Assembly (NCBI GenBank): GCA_008690995.1
Contig: VRMN01000003.1
Span: forward strand, 992,001-1,056,000
Length of the DNA: 64,000 bases
Direction of reading: 5' to 3'
Source: Porphyridium purpureum
Lineage: Eukaryota
Shown piece after piece: positions 48,006-57,298 of this stretch. A program made the translations under genes and the position numbers. Position 1 is the stretch's first letter; each line of letters begins with the position of its first letter. Below the pieces are notes generated by a model that did no database searches, was not told the origin of the DNA, and saw nothing but the letters and a program-made list of their open reading frames with translations.

Positions 48006-48794
48006 ATGGCATTTGTAGGTGGATGCGTGGTTGGAGCTTGTAAGCCCGGCCAGTGGAAGGTTTGCGCGGATGCGCGCGCGGACTTGGGATCAACAGGGCC
48101 GCGCCATCGCGGAGCGGTGCGACGATGCGCCCAGCATCAGCCTTGCATGACGGTGATCAACGGGAGGGACTTTGGGGACAAAACTCTTGCGCCTGTTGGC
48201 AACTTTGTGCTGATCGAGCTGGAGAAGCGGAAGAATGTATCGTCTGGCGGCATTGTCCTCTCTGGAGCAGTCAAGACCAAGCGAAGAACCGGTCATGTAT
48301 TGGCAGCAGACGATGGATCAAAATTCGCCCTGTCTGGCACACCGATGCCGATGGATTTCAAGATTGGTGATCGGGTGATTTTCAGCTCGCTCGGCGACTA
48401 CCGAGGCACGCAGGTCAAGATTGACGGCAAGGATTGCATCATTCTGTCAGCATCTGATATCCTAGGCACGGCACCAGACGAGGAAGCCGGCTTGACAGAT
48501 GTGAACAATCTGCAACCGGCGGCTGACAAGCTGGTTGTGTTCGTCGACAAGCTTTCGGAATCGACGGTAGGGGGTATCTTGCTGTCTAGCAATGTGAAGC
48601 GGACATCCCGCACTGGCGTGGTGGTGAATGTCGGGCCCGGTAAGCTGCTGGAGGACGGCAGCCGCGAACCCATCGGAGTGCAGGTCGGGGACCGCATCAT
48701 GTGGCAAGAGTACGCCGGTAATGAGGTTGACACGGGCAAGGCCGGCGACAAGTATTTCGTCATTCGCGGCGGTGACGTGCTGGCAACCTTTTAA
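48006..48794 (+). CDS. CPN20: Plastid co-chaperonin Cpn20 (two GroES domains)
   Basis: MAFVGG transit peptide. Two GroES modules: LAPVGNFVLI..SSGGIVL and LQPAADKLVV..TVGGILL..GVVVNVGPGK. Confidence 0.9.
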   Translation: MAFVGGCVVGACKPGQWKVCADARADLGSTGPRHRGAVRRCAQHQPCMTVINGRDFGDKTLAPVGNFVLIELEKRKNVSSGGIVLSGAVKTKRRTGHVLAADDGSKFALSGTPMPMDFKIGDRVIFSSLGDYRGTQVKIDGKDCIILSASDILGTAPDEEAGLTDVNNLQPAADKLVVFVDKLSESTVGGILLSSNVKRTSRTGVVVNVGPGKLLEDGSREPIGVQVGDRIMWQEYAGNEVDTGKAGDKYFVIRGGDVLATF

Positions 48795-49116
48795 CCAAGG
48801 AGGCCGCGTGGGAGCGCACCTCGTAGAGTTTAGAAAACCTTCACATAAAGTACTCCGTATGACTCCGCGCTCTCAGTGACAGCGCCGCTTTGCCAAAGCA
48901 GAGACGTAGCGCCTTCGCGCGGCGTTGTTTAAAGAGCCGGCAGCAGTTTAGAGGGGATTTTGACCAGTGGTCAGTGGCCCAGTACAAGGTGGACCGGTGA
49001 GTGACGACCAGCGCGCAACGAGCGAGACCACACACACACAAACACACGGAGACCAACAGTCAGTCGGAGCACAGAGGAGGAATCACCTCGCGCAGGTATC
49101 TGCGTCCACACGCGAG

Positions 49117-50010
49117 ATGCTGCGTCGGCAAGTGCGTGAGCGGCGGGAGTACTTGTACCGCAAATCGCTAGAAGGGAAGCAACGAGAGGAGTATGAGAAG
49201 CGCAAGGCCATTCGAGACGCACTCGCGGCGGGGAAGAAAATCCCGACCGAGCTTCGCCAAGAAGAAGCGCAGCTTCGCGCAGCGGATGGCTTTGCGGATG
49301 CCGTGCACGACAAGCCCCAGTCGCACGTGGACGACGAGTATGGGCGTGTCGGTGAGTATACGCCGCGAGTCATTGTGACGACGTCACGTGATGCGTCTTC
49401 GCGACTGCAGCAGTTTGTCAAGGAACTGAGGCTGGTGTTTCCCGAATCGCAGCGCATCAATCGCGGAAATATGGTGATGGGCGAGCTGATCGAGATGTGC
49501 CGGCGGTCTGAATACACGGACGTGGTCATTGTGCATGAGACACGAGGCGAGCCAGACAGCTTGATCGTCAGTCATCTCCCTTTCGGGCCGACGGCGTATT
49601 TTAATCTGAGTAACGTGGTTATGCGGCATGACATTCCGAAAGAGCAGCTGGGCAAGGTGTCGGAAGCAATTCCACACTTGATATTTGAAAACATGGATCA
49701 GACCAAGCTGGGCTTGCGCGTCAAGAACATTCTTCGTGCGCTTTTCCCGCCCATTAAGAATGCCAACAGCAAGCGCGTGATGACGTTTGCGAATCAGGAC
49801 GACTTCATTTCGTTCCGGCACCACGTGTTCCAGAGCACTGTGAAGCACGCGACCAAGCTGGCGGACATTGAGCTCAAGGAGGTAGGCCCGCGCTTCGAAA
49901 TGCGTCCGTACCAGATCAAATTGGGCACGCTGGAGCAGGTCGAGGCCGACGACGAATGGGTGCTCCGGCCGCACATGAACACAGCCAAGAAACGAAAAGT
50001 GCTCGGCTAG
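49117..50010 (+). CDS. IMP4: U3 snoRNP protein IMP4 (Brix domain)
   Basis: MLRRQVRERREYLYRK, TTSRDASSRLQQFVKE, HETRGEPD, SHLPFGPTAYF, ELKEVGPRFEMR. Confidence 0.95.
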   Translation: MLRRQVRERREYLYRKSLEGKQREEYEKRKAIRDALAAGKKIPTELRQEEAQLRAADGFADAVHDKPQSHVDDEYGRVGEYTPRVIVTTSRDASSRLQQFVKELRLVFPESQRINRGNMVMGELIEMCRRSEYTDVVIVHETRGEPDSLIVSHLPFGPTAYFNLSNVVMRHDIPKEQLGKVSEAIPHLIFENMDQTKLGLRVKNILRALFPPIKNANSKRVMTFANQDDFISFRHHVFQSTVKHATKLADIELKEVGPRFEMRPYQIKLGTLEQVEADDEWVLRPHMNTAKKRKVLG

Positions 50011-50254
50011 CGTCGCACTGTACTTCATAGGTACTGTTTTGGCATTGTGAAAAAAAGGAGAGCAACAACTGAACTGTACCGCATGTCAATGTGGCATTGC
50101 ATTGCCATGCTGCATTCCCGGCGTTGCAGGCCAACAAGTGGGGCTTGTGGTTGAGGCGGGAAGGCTTGGCGATAACTGTGAGAAGCACAGCGAAGGGTCC
50201 GTTTGTTCGATTCTTGCTCGGGCGCCGCAACGGCCACAGGTGGAAAGTGGAAGG

Positions 50255-51736
50255 ATGGAGCCGCTGCCGCAATGGCGGCTGATCATGCTGGCGCTGGCGA
50301 TGTGCGGCGTGCAGATATGTTACGCCGTGCAGATAGGCCACGGTACACCGCAGCTCGAGATCCTAGGGATGGACACCGCGTACGTGAGCCTGGCGTGGCT
50401 GGCTGGGCCGCTGAGCGGGCTGATTGTGCAGCCACTGGTGGGCGCCCTGTCCGATAAGACGCCATGGAGCTTGGGCAGGAGAAGACCCTTTCTCATCATT
50501 GGCTGCGTCCTCTCGTCGCTTGCGTTGCTCATGTTTTCCAACGCAAAATCGCTGGGCGCCTTCTGCGCACGCATACTGAGTGGTTCGTCCAAGGCGTGGT
50601 CAATTATGTTTGGCGTGCTTGGCTTCTTCTTCCTTGATTTCTCTGTCAATGCTATCCAGGGACCCCTGCGCGCGTTGCTTACCGACGTGACGCCGCAAGA
50701 GCAACAAGCGACCGGTAATGCGTACTTTGCATTCATGGTTGGGCTGGGCAACTTGCTGGGCAGTTATTTGGGCTCTTTAAACCTGATGAAGCTGAGAATA
50801 CCGTTGTTCACCGCAAACATTCAGGTGCTCTTTTTCCTGGCAATGCTGCTGCTTGACATCACCATAGCGTGCTGCTGTATTTTCACAAAGGAGAGGTCTC
50901 TCGCGGAAGTGCTGCATGACAGAGAGCTAGAGCGCTTGGAGGAGGAGCGAATGGATTCGGCTTCTAGCGACGCAGGAAAGACCGCAGTCGAGACGAGCGG
51001 TATGAGAGCCGCCTTGCGGCTTGTTGTGAAAGAGGCTCCGCGCCCGTTCTGGCAAGTGTTCGCGGTACAGTTCTGTGCGTGGTTCGGCTTCTTCTCCATC
51101 ATGGTCTACGCCACCGCGTGGGTGGCTCGAAATGTCTTTGGCGGAAGCTCGTCTGCGCCAGTCGGGAGCCCGCCGTATATTCTGTATCAACAGGGCGTGC
51201 GGCTTGGTAATGTGGGTCTTTCACTGAGTGCTTTCATTACGATTTTATACGCGGCCATGTTGCCGACACTGATGAAGGTTTTTGGCGTACGCCAAGTGTA
51301 CTGCTTTAGTCAGATCGTGGAAGGGGTTTTTCTGTGCAGTGCGTTCTTCCTGCGCGGCACTCCGGGTCAGTTCCCGTCCCTGGGCAAGGAAATTGCGTCG
51401 GTTTGCGTGATTGGGATGATGGGTATTTTTATGGCATGTGCCATGACCATTCCGTGGAGTCTGATGGGAATCGCCGTGCAGCGCCGCTTCCCGGACAAGG
51501 TCGGAGTATTTTCGAGCGTGTTTAACGCATGCCAGGCTGCACCTCAGCTCGTCGTTGCACTGATTAGCCCACTCATTCTCAAGGCCACCGGAGATGTATC
51601 TGTAATTATGTGTGTCGGTGGTGTGTCTGCCCTTCTCGGAGCCATACTGGTAGTTTATCTGCGAGTCGGGGTCGACGAATCGTACGAGGCTGCACCTTCA
51701 GATTCATCCATATCCGAGGAACAGTCCCTAAGTTAA
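50255..51736 (+). CDS. SUT/SLC45-family (GPH, MFS) glycoside:H+ symporter
   Basis: GVQICYAVQ, WLAGPLSGLIVQPLVGALSD, GRRRPF, LDFSVNAIQGPLRALLTD; about 12 TM segments. Confidence 0.9.
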   Translation: MEPLPQWRLIMLALAMCGVQICYAVQIGHGTPQLEILGMDTAYVSLAWLAGPLSGLIVQPLVGALSDKTPWSLGRRRPFLIIGCVLSSLALLMFSNAKSLGAFCARILSGSSKAWSIMFGVLGFFFLDFSVNAIQGPLRALLTDVTPQEQQATGNAYFAFMVGLGNLLGSYLGSLNLMKLRIPLFTANIQVLFFLAMLLLDITIACCCIFTKERSLAEVLHDRELERLEEERMDSASSDAGKTAVETSGMRAALRLVVKEAPRPFWQVFAVQFCAWFGFFSIMVYATAWVARNVFGGSSSAPVGSPPYILYQQGVRLGNVGLSLSAFITILYAAMLPTLMKVFGVRQVYCFSQIVEGVFLCSAFFLRGTPGQFPSLGKEIASVCVIGMMGIFMACAMTIPWSLMGIAVQRRFPDKVGVFSSVFNACQAAPQLVVALISPLILKATGDVSVIMCVGGVSALLGAILVVYLRVGVDESYEAAPSDSSISEEQSLS

Positions 51737-51955
51737 GTAAAGATCACAGGAAGGAAGCACGCGGCGGGCTCGTTGCAGTGCGCCTTGCCTTCTCGGCTTT
51801 CTAGCTGGATCGGAGAGAGGCGTGTGCTCAAATGCATCGATACTTGCTGCGCTACGGTTTTCAGCCCAATAGATTCTGGCACCGGCAGGATTGGCAAGAG
51901 TAGGCAGCTGAAGGAGACAGCAAGTATCAAAGAGGCGGTGAGATTTGTCATAAGG

Positions 51956-53014
51956 ATGGTGGCTTTCAACGTCGCACTGGGCGGTGCACAGGACGCGGTC
52001 GCTCGCATCCGCCCGCAGAATTCAAGATGCGCGAGCTTTGACCACGGGTCACGACTGCGACGGTCATCGTCGTGCGCCAGGGTGAAGCGGGAATCAACGC
52101 AGATGTCAGCTCAGTCCGCGCCACTTTTTGGAAATGTGTCGCGATCTCGAACACCGGCGCAGCAGCTCCGCGATCTTCTCCAAAGAAATCCAGACGAAAT
52201 GTTGCTCATGCCTTGTTGCTACGATGGCCTTTCAGCAAAGCTCGTGGAGCGCGCCGGCTTCGAGCTGACGTTCATGTCCGGCTTTTCAGTTGCTGGATCC
52301 AAGGGCCTTCCGGACACGGGTCTGCTGAGCTACGAGGAAATGCGGCAGCGCGTGACAGAGATCACGAGCGTTATCAGCATTCCGTTGATAGCCGACGCAG
52401 ACGGTGGGTATGGAAATGCCATCAATGTGAAGAGAACGATCCACGGGTACGCGGCCGCTGGTGCGGCTGGACTGCTTCTGGAAGACCAGGTGCTCCCGAA
52501 GCGGTGCGGACACACGCGCGGCAAGGCAGTGGTCTCGCGCGAGGAGGCGATTAGTCGCATGCAGGCGGCAGTCGATGCTCGCGATGCCGGCTCAGATATT
52601 GTGATCATTGGTCGCACGGACGCGGCGGCGTGCGTGTCGTTCGAGGAGGCGCTAGAACGCGCGCGCATTTTCCTAGAATTGGGCGCGGACATGACCTTTG
52701 TGGAAGCGCCGCGCAGCGAGCGGGAATTGGCAATGTACTGCGAGTCGGTAGGTGGTATGAAGCTCGTGAACTGCCTGGAAGGCGGCGACACGCCGATCCT
52801 CCCGCCCCAGCGGCTGGAGGAGCTCGGCTTCAAGCTCGCCGCGTATCCTCTGAGTCTGCTGTCCAGCTCCATCAAGGCCATGGAGGTCACACTTGCGGCA
52901 CTCCGTTCGGGCGACCCGGCCGGCGTCGAACCACATCTGGTTCCATTCGAAGATGTCCGATCGATTGTAGGCTTTGACGAGTACGACAAGCAGCAGCAGC
53001 GGTACAAAGTGTGA
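51956..53014 (+). CDS. Isocitrate lyase/PEP mutase family enzyme (2,3-dimethylmalate lyase / petal-death-protein-like), plastid-targeted
   Basis: PCCYDGLSAKLVE, FMSGFSVA, DADGGYGN, LEDQVLPKRCGH, GRTDA, FVEAP; MVAFNV transit peptide. Confidence 0.88.
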   Translation: MVAFNVALGGAQDAVARIRPQNSRCASFDHGSRLRRSSSCARVKRESTQMSAQSAPLFGNVSRSRTPAQQLRDLLQRNPDEMLLMPCCYDGLSAKLVERAGFELTFMSGFSVAGSKGLPDTGLLSYEEMRQRVTEITSVISIPLIADADGGYGNAINVKRTIHGYAAAGAAGLLLEDQVLPKRCGHTRGKAVVSREEAISRMQAAVDARDAGSDIVIIGRTDAAACVSFEEALERARIFLELGADMTFVEAPRSERELAMYCESVGGMKLVNCLEGGDTPILPPQRLEELGFKLAAYPLSLLSSSIKAMEVTLAALRSGDPAGVEPHLVPFEDVRSIVGFDEYDKQQQRYKV

Positions 53015-53275
53015 AGAAGAAGGAGAAGATAATGACAAGTGAAAACGACAAAATGCATCCCGAGCACGTCAGCCTCCCTCCCCCTTGCGTATGTACAGTG
53101 AATAGAGTTAGTAGAGGTACAGTAGTTAAGACGTGCCGATGTTTCGCGCATGTGCGATGGTCGTGAGCGGACGGCCGTGAACCGCTGGAACAAACGCGTC
53201 GTGCAGTTCCGAAGAGTTCGTGCCGGGTAGCGGCGTGGACGCTGTGTTTGACGCCGTGCCGGACGATTCATAGTC

Positions 53276-55327
53276 ATGGACCGCTGGGTTGCACGTGCCA
53301 GCATGCTGCGGCAGTGCGGCGCGCAGATTCTGCAGCGGCGGAGCGCGCGGTTCGGCATGACGTCGCCGACGCGCGCACGCACGTTTTGTGCCGCTCAGCA
53401 GCAGGCCGCCGCGTCAGATGAGGCCAACGAAAAGAGCCCAGCACTGCAGCAGGACCTGCCGAGGGACGTCTTCGACCCGAAAAGGATACGCAACGTTGCG
53501 ATTATCGCGCACGTCGACCACGGCAAGACAACGCTCGTGGACCGGATTTTGAAGCAGTGCGCCGTGAAAATGTTGAACGACCGCATGATGGACTCGAATG
53601 TCATTGAAAAGGAGCGCGGGATCACCATTCTTGCCAAGGTCACTGGCGTCGAGTACACAAGGCAGGACGCTTCTGCGCCGTTGCTGGTCAACGTCGTGGA
53701 CACGCCGGGACACGCGGATTTTGGAGGTGAGGTCGAGCGCGTGCTCTCCATGGTGGACGGCGCAATTCTGCTTGTCGACGCTGCCGAGGGACCGATGACG
53801 CAGACCAAGTTTGTGGTGTCCAAGGCCCTTCAGTACAACCTCCGCCCGATTGTTGTCATCAACAAGGTTGACAAGGAGAGCGTCGTAGAGGGCACGGCCG
53901 AATCGGCCGTGTTTGACCTTTTTGCTTCACTTGAGGCGACGGACGAACAGCTTGAGTTCCCCATTCTGTACGCGTCGGCCAGAGACGGCTGGGTTTCGCC
54001 TGATTTTTCTGACCGCACAAGGTGGCAGGAGAAGAATCTAGATGTGACGCCGCTGATGGAGGCCATTGCAAGTCATGTTCAGTGTCCCAATGTTGATGTC
54101 AATGCACCGTTTTCATTTCTTGTGACCATGATCTCGCGCGACCCCTTTCTTGGCAAGATGGTGACCGGCAAGGTGCATAGCGGCACGGCGTTTGTCGGCG
54201 ACCAGGTGAAGGTGCTTACCCGCGACGGTGAAGCTGCTGGAACAGGGCGTATCATGAAAGTGCGAGCCTCGCGTGGACTGCGTTCCACAGAGCTAGACCG
54301 TGCCATTGCCGGCGACGTGGTCACAATTCTGGGTGTCGAGGCGGCGTCGGTCGGTGACACCATCTGTCACGGGTCTGTCACTGCCCCGCTATTTGCACCG
54401 CAGATCGACCCGCCGACCGTGTCGATAAACTTTTGCGTGAACGACTCGCCAATCAAGGGTAAAGATGGCACAGTGGTCACGTCCCAAAAATTGGGCGAGC
54501 GGCTGTTTGCCGAGGCGGAAAGCAATGTGTCCATTTCAGTCGGATACAGCAAGAATCGCGAGCAGCTAGAGGTACAAGGTCGTGGAGAGTTGCAGCTTGG
54601 GATCTTGATCGAAAATATGCGCCGCGAGGGCATGGAGCTCGCTATCTCGCCACCAAAAGTTCTCTACAAGAACGACGAGAAGGGCAAACTTTTGGAACCG
54701 ATCGAGGAAGTGCTTATCGAGGTGGACGAAGAGCACTCTGGCGTGGTCATTGATAAGCTGAATCGACGTCATGGCCATCTGTCGGATGTCAGTAGCACCG
54801 CGGGTGGACGCTCGCGTATCAAGATGACCATTCCGGCCCGGTGCTTGATCGGCTTCCGCCCCATCTTTATGGGCGACACGCGCGGCTCGGGTATCCTTTA
54901 CTCGACATTTCATGGGTACGAGCTCCATCGCGGCGATACATCGGACCCTCGTAAGGGCGTCATCTGCTCTACAGCGACTGGAACGGCGACGGCGTACGCG
55001 CTTGAACCTATTCAGGAGCGCGGAACTCTCTTCATTACCCCGGGCATGGATGTGTATGAGGGCATGATCATTGGCGAATCGAAAAAGGACGATGACATGG
55101 TTGTGAATCCCGTGAAGGAGAAGCAGCTGACAAATGTGCGTACGACTTTGAAGGAGGAGCACTTTCGATTTTCGCCTGCTAAGCCCGTCTTGCTTGAGCA
55201 CGCGATCGGCTACATTCAGGCAGGCGAGCTGATCGAAGTGACGCCGAAGAATGTGAGGCTGAGGAAGCTGATTTTGAACTACGACAAGCGCAAGTCATTC
55301 GAGAAGCGAAAGCAGCCTTACGAATAA
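53276..55327 (+). CDS. typA: Translational GTPase TypA/BipA, probably mitochondrial
   Basis: RNVAIIAHVDHGKTTLVD, EKERGITILAK, DTPGHADFGGEVER, GRGELQLGILIENMRREG, IEVTPKNVRLRK; Arg-rich presequence. Confidence 0.93.
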   Translation: MDRWVARASMLRQCGAQILQRRSARFGMTSPTRARTFCAAQQQAAASDEANEKSPALQQDLPRDVFDPKRIRNVAIIAHVDHGKTTLVDRILKQCAVKMLNDRMMDSNVIEKERGITILAKVTGVEYTRQDASAPLLVNVVDTPGHADFGGEVERVLSMVDGAILLVDAAEGPMTQTKFVVSKALQYNLRPIVVINKVDKESVVEGTAESAVFDLFASLEATDEQLEFPILYASARDGWVSPDFSDRTRWQEKNLDVTPLMEAIASHVQCPNVDVNAPFSFLVTMISRDPFLGKMVTGKVHSGTAFVGDQVKVLTRDGEAAGTGRIMKVRASRGLRSTELDRAIAGDVVTILGVEAASVGDTICHGSVTAPLFAPQIDPPTVSINFCVNDSPIKGKDGTVVTSQKLGERLFAEAESNVSISVGYSKNREQLEVQGRGELQLGILIENMRREGMELAISPPKVLYKNDEKGKLLEPIEEVLIEVDEEHSGVVIDKLNRRHGHLSDVSSTAGGRSRIKMTIPARCLIGFRPIFMGDTRGSGILYSTFHGYELHRGDTSDPRKGVICSTATGTATAYALEPIQERGTLFITPGMDVYEGMIIGESKKDDDMVVNPVKEKQLTNVRTTLKEEHFRFSPAKPVLLEHAIGYIQAGELIEVTPKNVRLRKLILNYDKRKSFEKRKQPYE

Positions 55328-55656
55328 GTTGATATCTTGTCGAGCAACGACAAGAATGATACTCTGTACGATACCTGAGGACGTATGAAGATCAGACAAG
55401 GAAAACAAGTTGCCCCGAGAACGCCGAGATCGGACCAAATGAAAGCCGGAACATTGTTCGAATCTACGCGTACCGGAGCAAATGGGACCAAGCGAAGAAC
55501 GTGAGCGCGGTGTAGCACTTGCGCGTTTTGAAGCGTGGCGGCCTGCCTCGCTGCATGTGACGAGGAGCACGTTCCCACAGTAGAGATTTCTTCCGGCCCG
55601 TCTCCAGAGCTTGCCGACAGACTAGTATTCAATTTTTGAGCGCAAAGTCTTTCTCA

Positions 55657-57012
55657 TTACGGCTTTAATTGTTGTTTGTCGTCTACGCGACACACCACCA
55701 CAGTGATGTCATCCATTTTCCCTCCCATAAATATGTGGCCGGCCTGGCGCGCATTCATCGCGAACGGTGTATCCCGGCGAGTGTCCATTGCGTATGAATG
55801 CGCCATGCGCGCAAGCGACTCTGACAGATACGCCGGATCCAGCGCCTCCAACAAGCGCCGCCGCTCGTGCCGAATCACCTCCGACATAATGTCCTCGGTG
55901 AAGCAATTATCAAACAAGCCGTCTGTCCCGAGGATGATCCAGTCGCCTCGCCGTAACTGAAAGTCGATGCTGTCGGCGCTCTCGACAGAATCTTGAGAGT
56001 CTGTGCCCAGCTGGTATGGACAATTAAAGTAATGCTGTTGCTCCTCAGTGCGAAAAACGACCTCGTTTCCTCGAATCACCATTACGGCCGAATCGCCCAG
56101 GTTCACGCCCGTCAGCCTGTCCTCCACAAGGCTCACTACACACGCCGTGCTACTGCCAATATGTTCATTCTCATGGACGGCTTCTTGAAGCGCTCGTGCT
56201 ACTGATTCAGGGCCATACTCACGAAGCTTCTGAGCTGTCTTTGACGCGAGTTCCTGCGAATAAAGACCCGGATCAACGCCTAGCGATGCCCAGCCACCGA
56301 CGCCATCGAATACGCCCATGGAAAAATCGCTCAAAAAAAATGCATCCTCGCCGCCTTTGTCGCGCTTATCTGGATGCGGGATCATAAACGCCCCCTTGCG
56401 CACGGCGAAAATGGAGGAAGGCTCGGGTACCGCCCCTACGTTTAGCGCGCTTACTTGTGTCGACGAACTGATGGTTGCCACTTCCGCGTCCTTCACGTGC
56501 GTCAACTGCTGCTGCTCTGCATGCAACGCAAACTGTGGAAGAAACGCATGGAGCAACCCGTGCGCGCCGATACCCCATCCCGGTTGGCGGGCTCTTTGCC
56601 CCACGAACTGGGCTGCTTTGTTTAAGCCTGCGTGCAGAAGGTAGCGACCGCCTTCGCGTTCGTACCGTTGTGGCTGTGGCTCGGTACGACTGGCGTGGCG
56701 GTTGCCCTCCGCGGCCGCAGTGCCGTCAAGATCACGGTTGACATGCTGGCCGGCTCGATTCCAAATCCCGGCCGTCCATAAATAGCGCAGCCATTGCGGG
56801 GCCGGCGGCGACTGAAACGGGAGAACCGAGCGAGCCCTTTGCGCCTCAGCAGCGTGCACATGTACGCCGGGCTGGGTGGCGACGAGCGCCGAGGCGTGCG
56901 CGAGCGAGTCCACCTGCAGCACGCGCGCGGCGAGCTCGAACGCGTCGGCGCGCCATCTCTTGCAGAACAGGCCGTGCTCGTAGCCGCGCAATCTGGACGC
57001 GACGCCGTTCAT
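55657..57012 (-). CDS. PTC7: PTC7-family PP2C protein phosphatase
   Basis: IPHPDK..KGGEDAFF, DGVGGW, GSSTACV, NLGDS, QQHYFNCPYQLG, GTDGLFDN, GGKMDDITVVV. Confidence 0.9.
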   Translation of the reverse strand: MNGVASRLRGYEHGLFCKRWRADAFELAARVLQVDSLAHASALVATQPGVHVHAAEAQRARSVLPFQSPPAPQWLRYLWTAGIWNRAGQHVNRDLDGTAAAEGNRHASRTEPQPQRYEREGGRYLLHAGLNKAAQFVGQRARQPGWGIGAHGLLHAFLPQFALHAEQQQLTHVKDAEVATISSSTQVSALNVGAVPEPSSIFAVRKGAFMIPHPDKRDKGGEDAFFLSDFSMGVFDGVGGWASLGVDPGLYSQELASKTAQKLREYGPESVARALQEAVHENEHIGSSTACVVSLVEDRLTGVNLGDSAVMVIRGNEVVFRTEEQQHYFNCPYQLGTDSQDSVESADSIDFQLRRGDWIILGTDGLFDNCFTEDIMSEVIRHERRRLLEALDPAYLSESLARMAHSYAMDTRRDTPFAMNARQAGHIFMGGKMDDITVVVCRVDDKQQLKP

Positions 57013-57298
57013 CGCCGGTGCTCAGGAACGCGCCCGCCACGACCCGCACGACATCTACCCTCCACGCACGCGGGCCGCCACGCCACTCAGTCTCTACCGC
57101 TCGTGGCCGAATGTACTCGACCCTCTATCCCACCCGGTTCACACCCACCGTACACCGCAAGCGCACGCCTGCGCGCTCGCCATCGCTCACGCCGCTGCGC
57201 TCCGCATACAAAAACAGCACGGTTTTGTGCGGTTGGAATGGGACATGACTGGTACACCGGCGTGAGTACTGTGTGAAGTACAGTGTGATGTACAGTGA

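Noticed and set aside
53276..55327. Bacterial-looking typA as possible HGT or contamination
   Set aside because: Organelle-targeted TypA is ordinary in photosynthetic eukaryotes, and this copy has a presequence.
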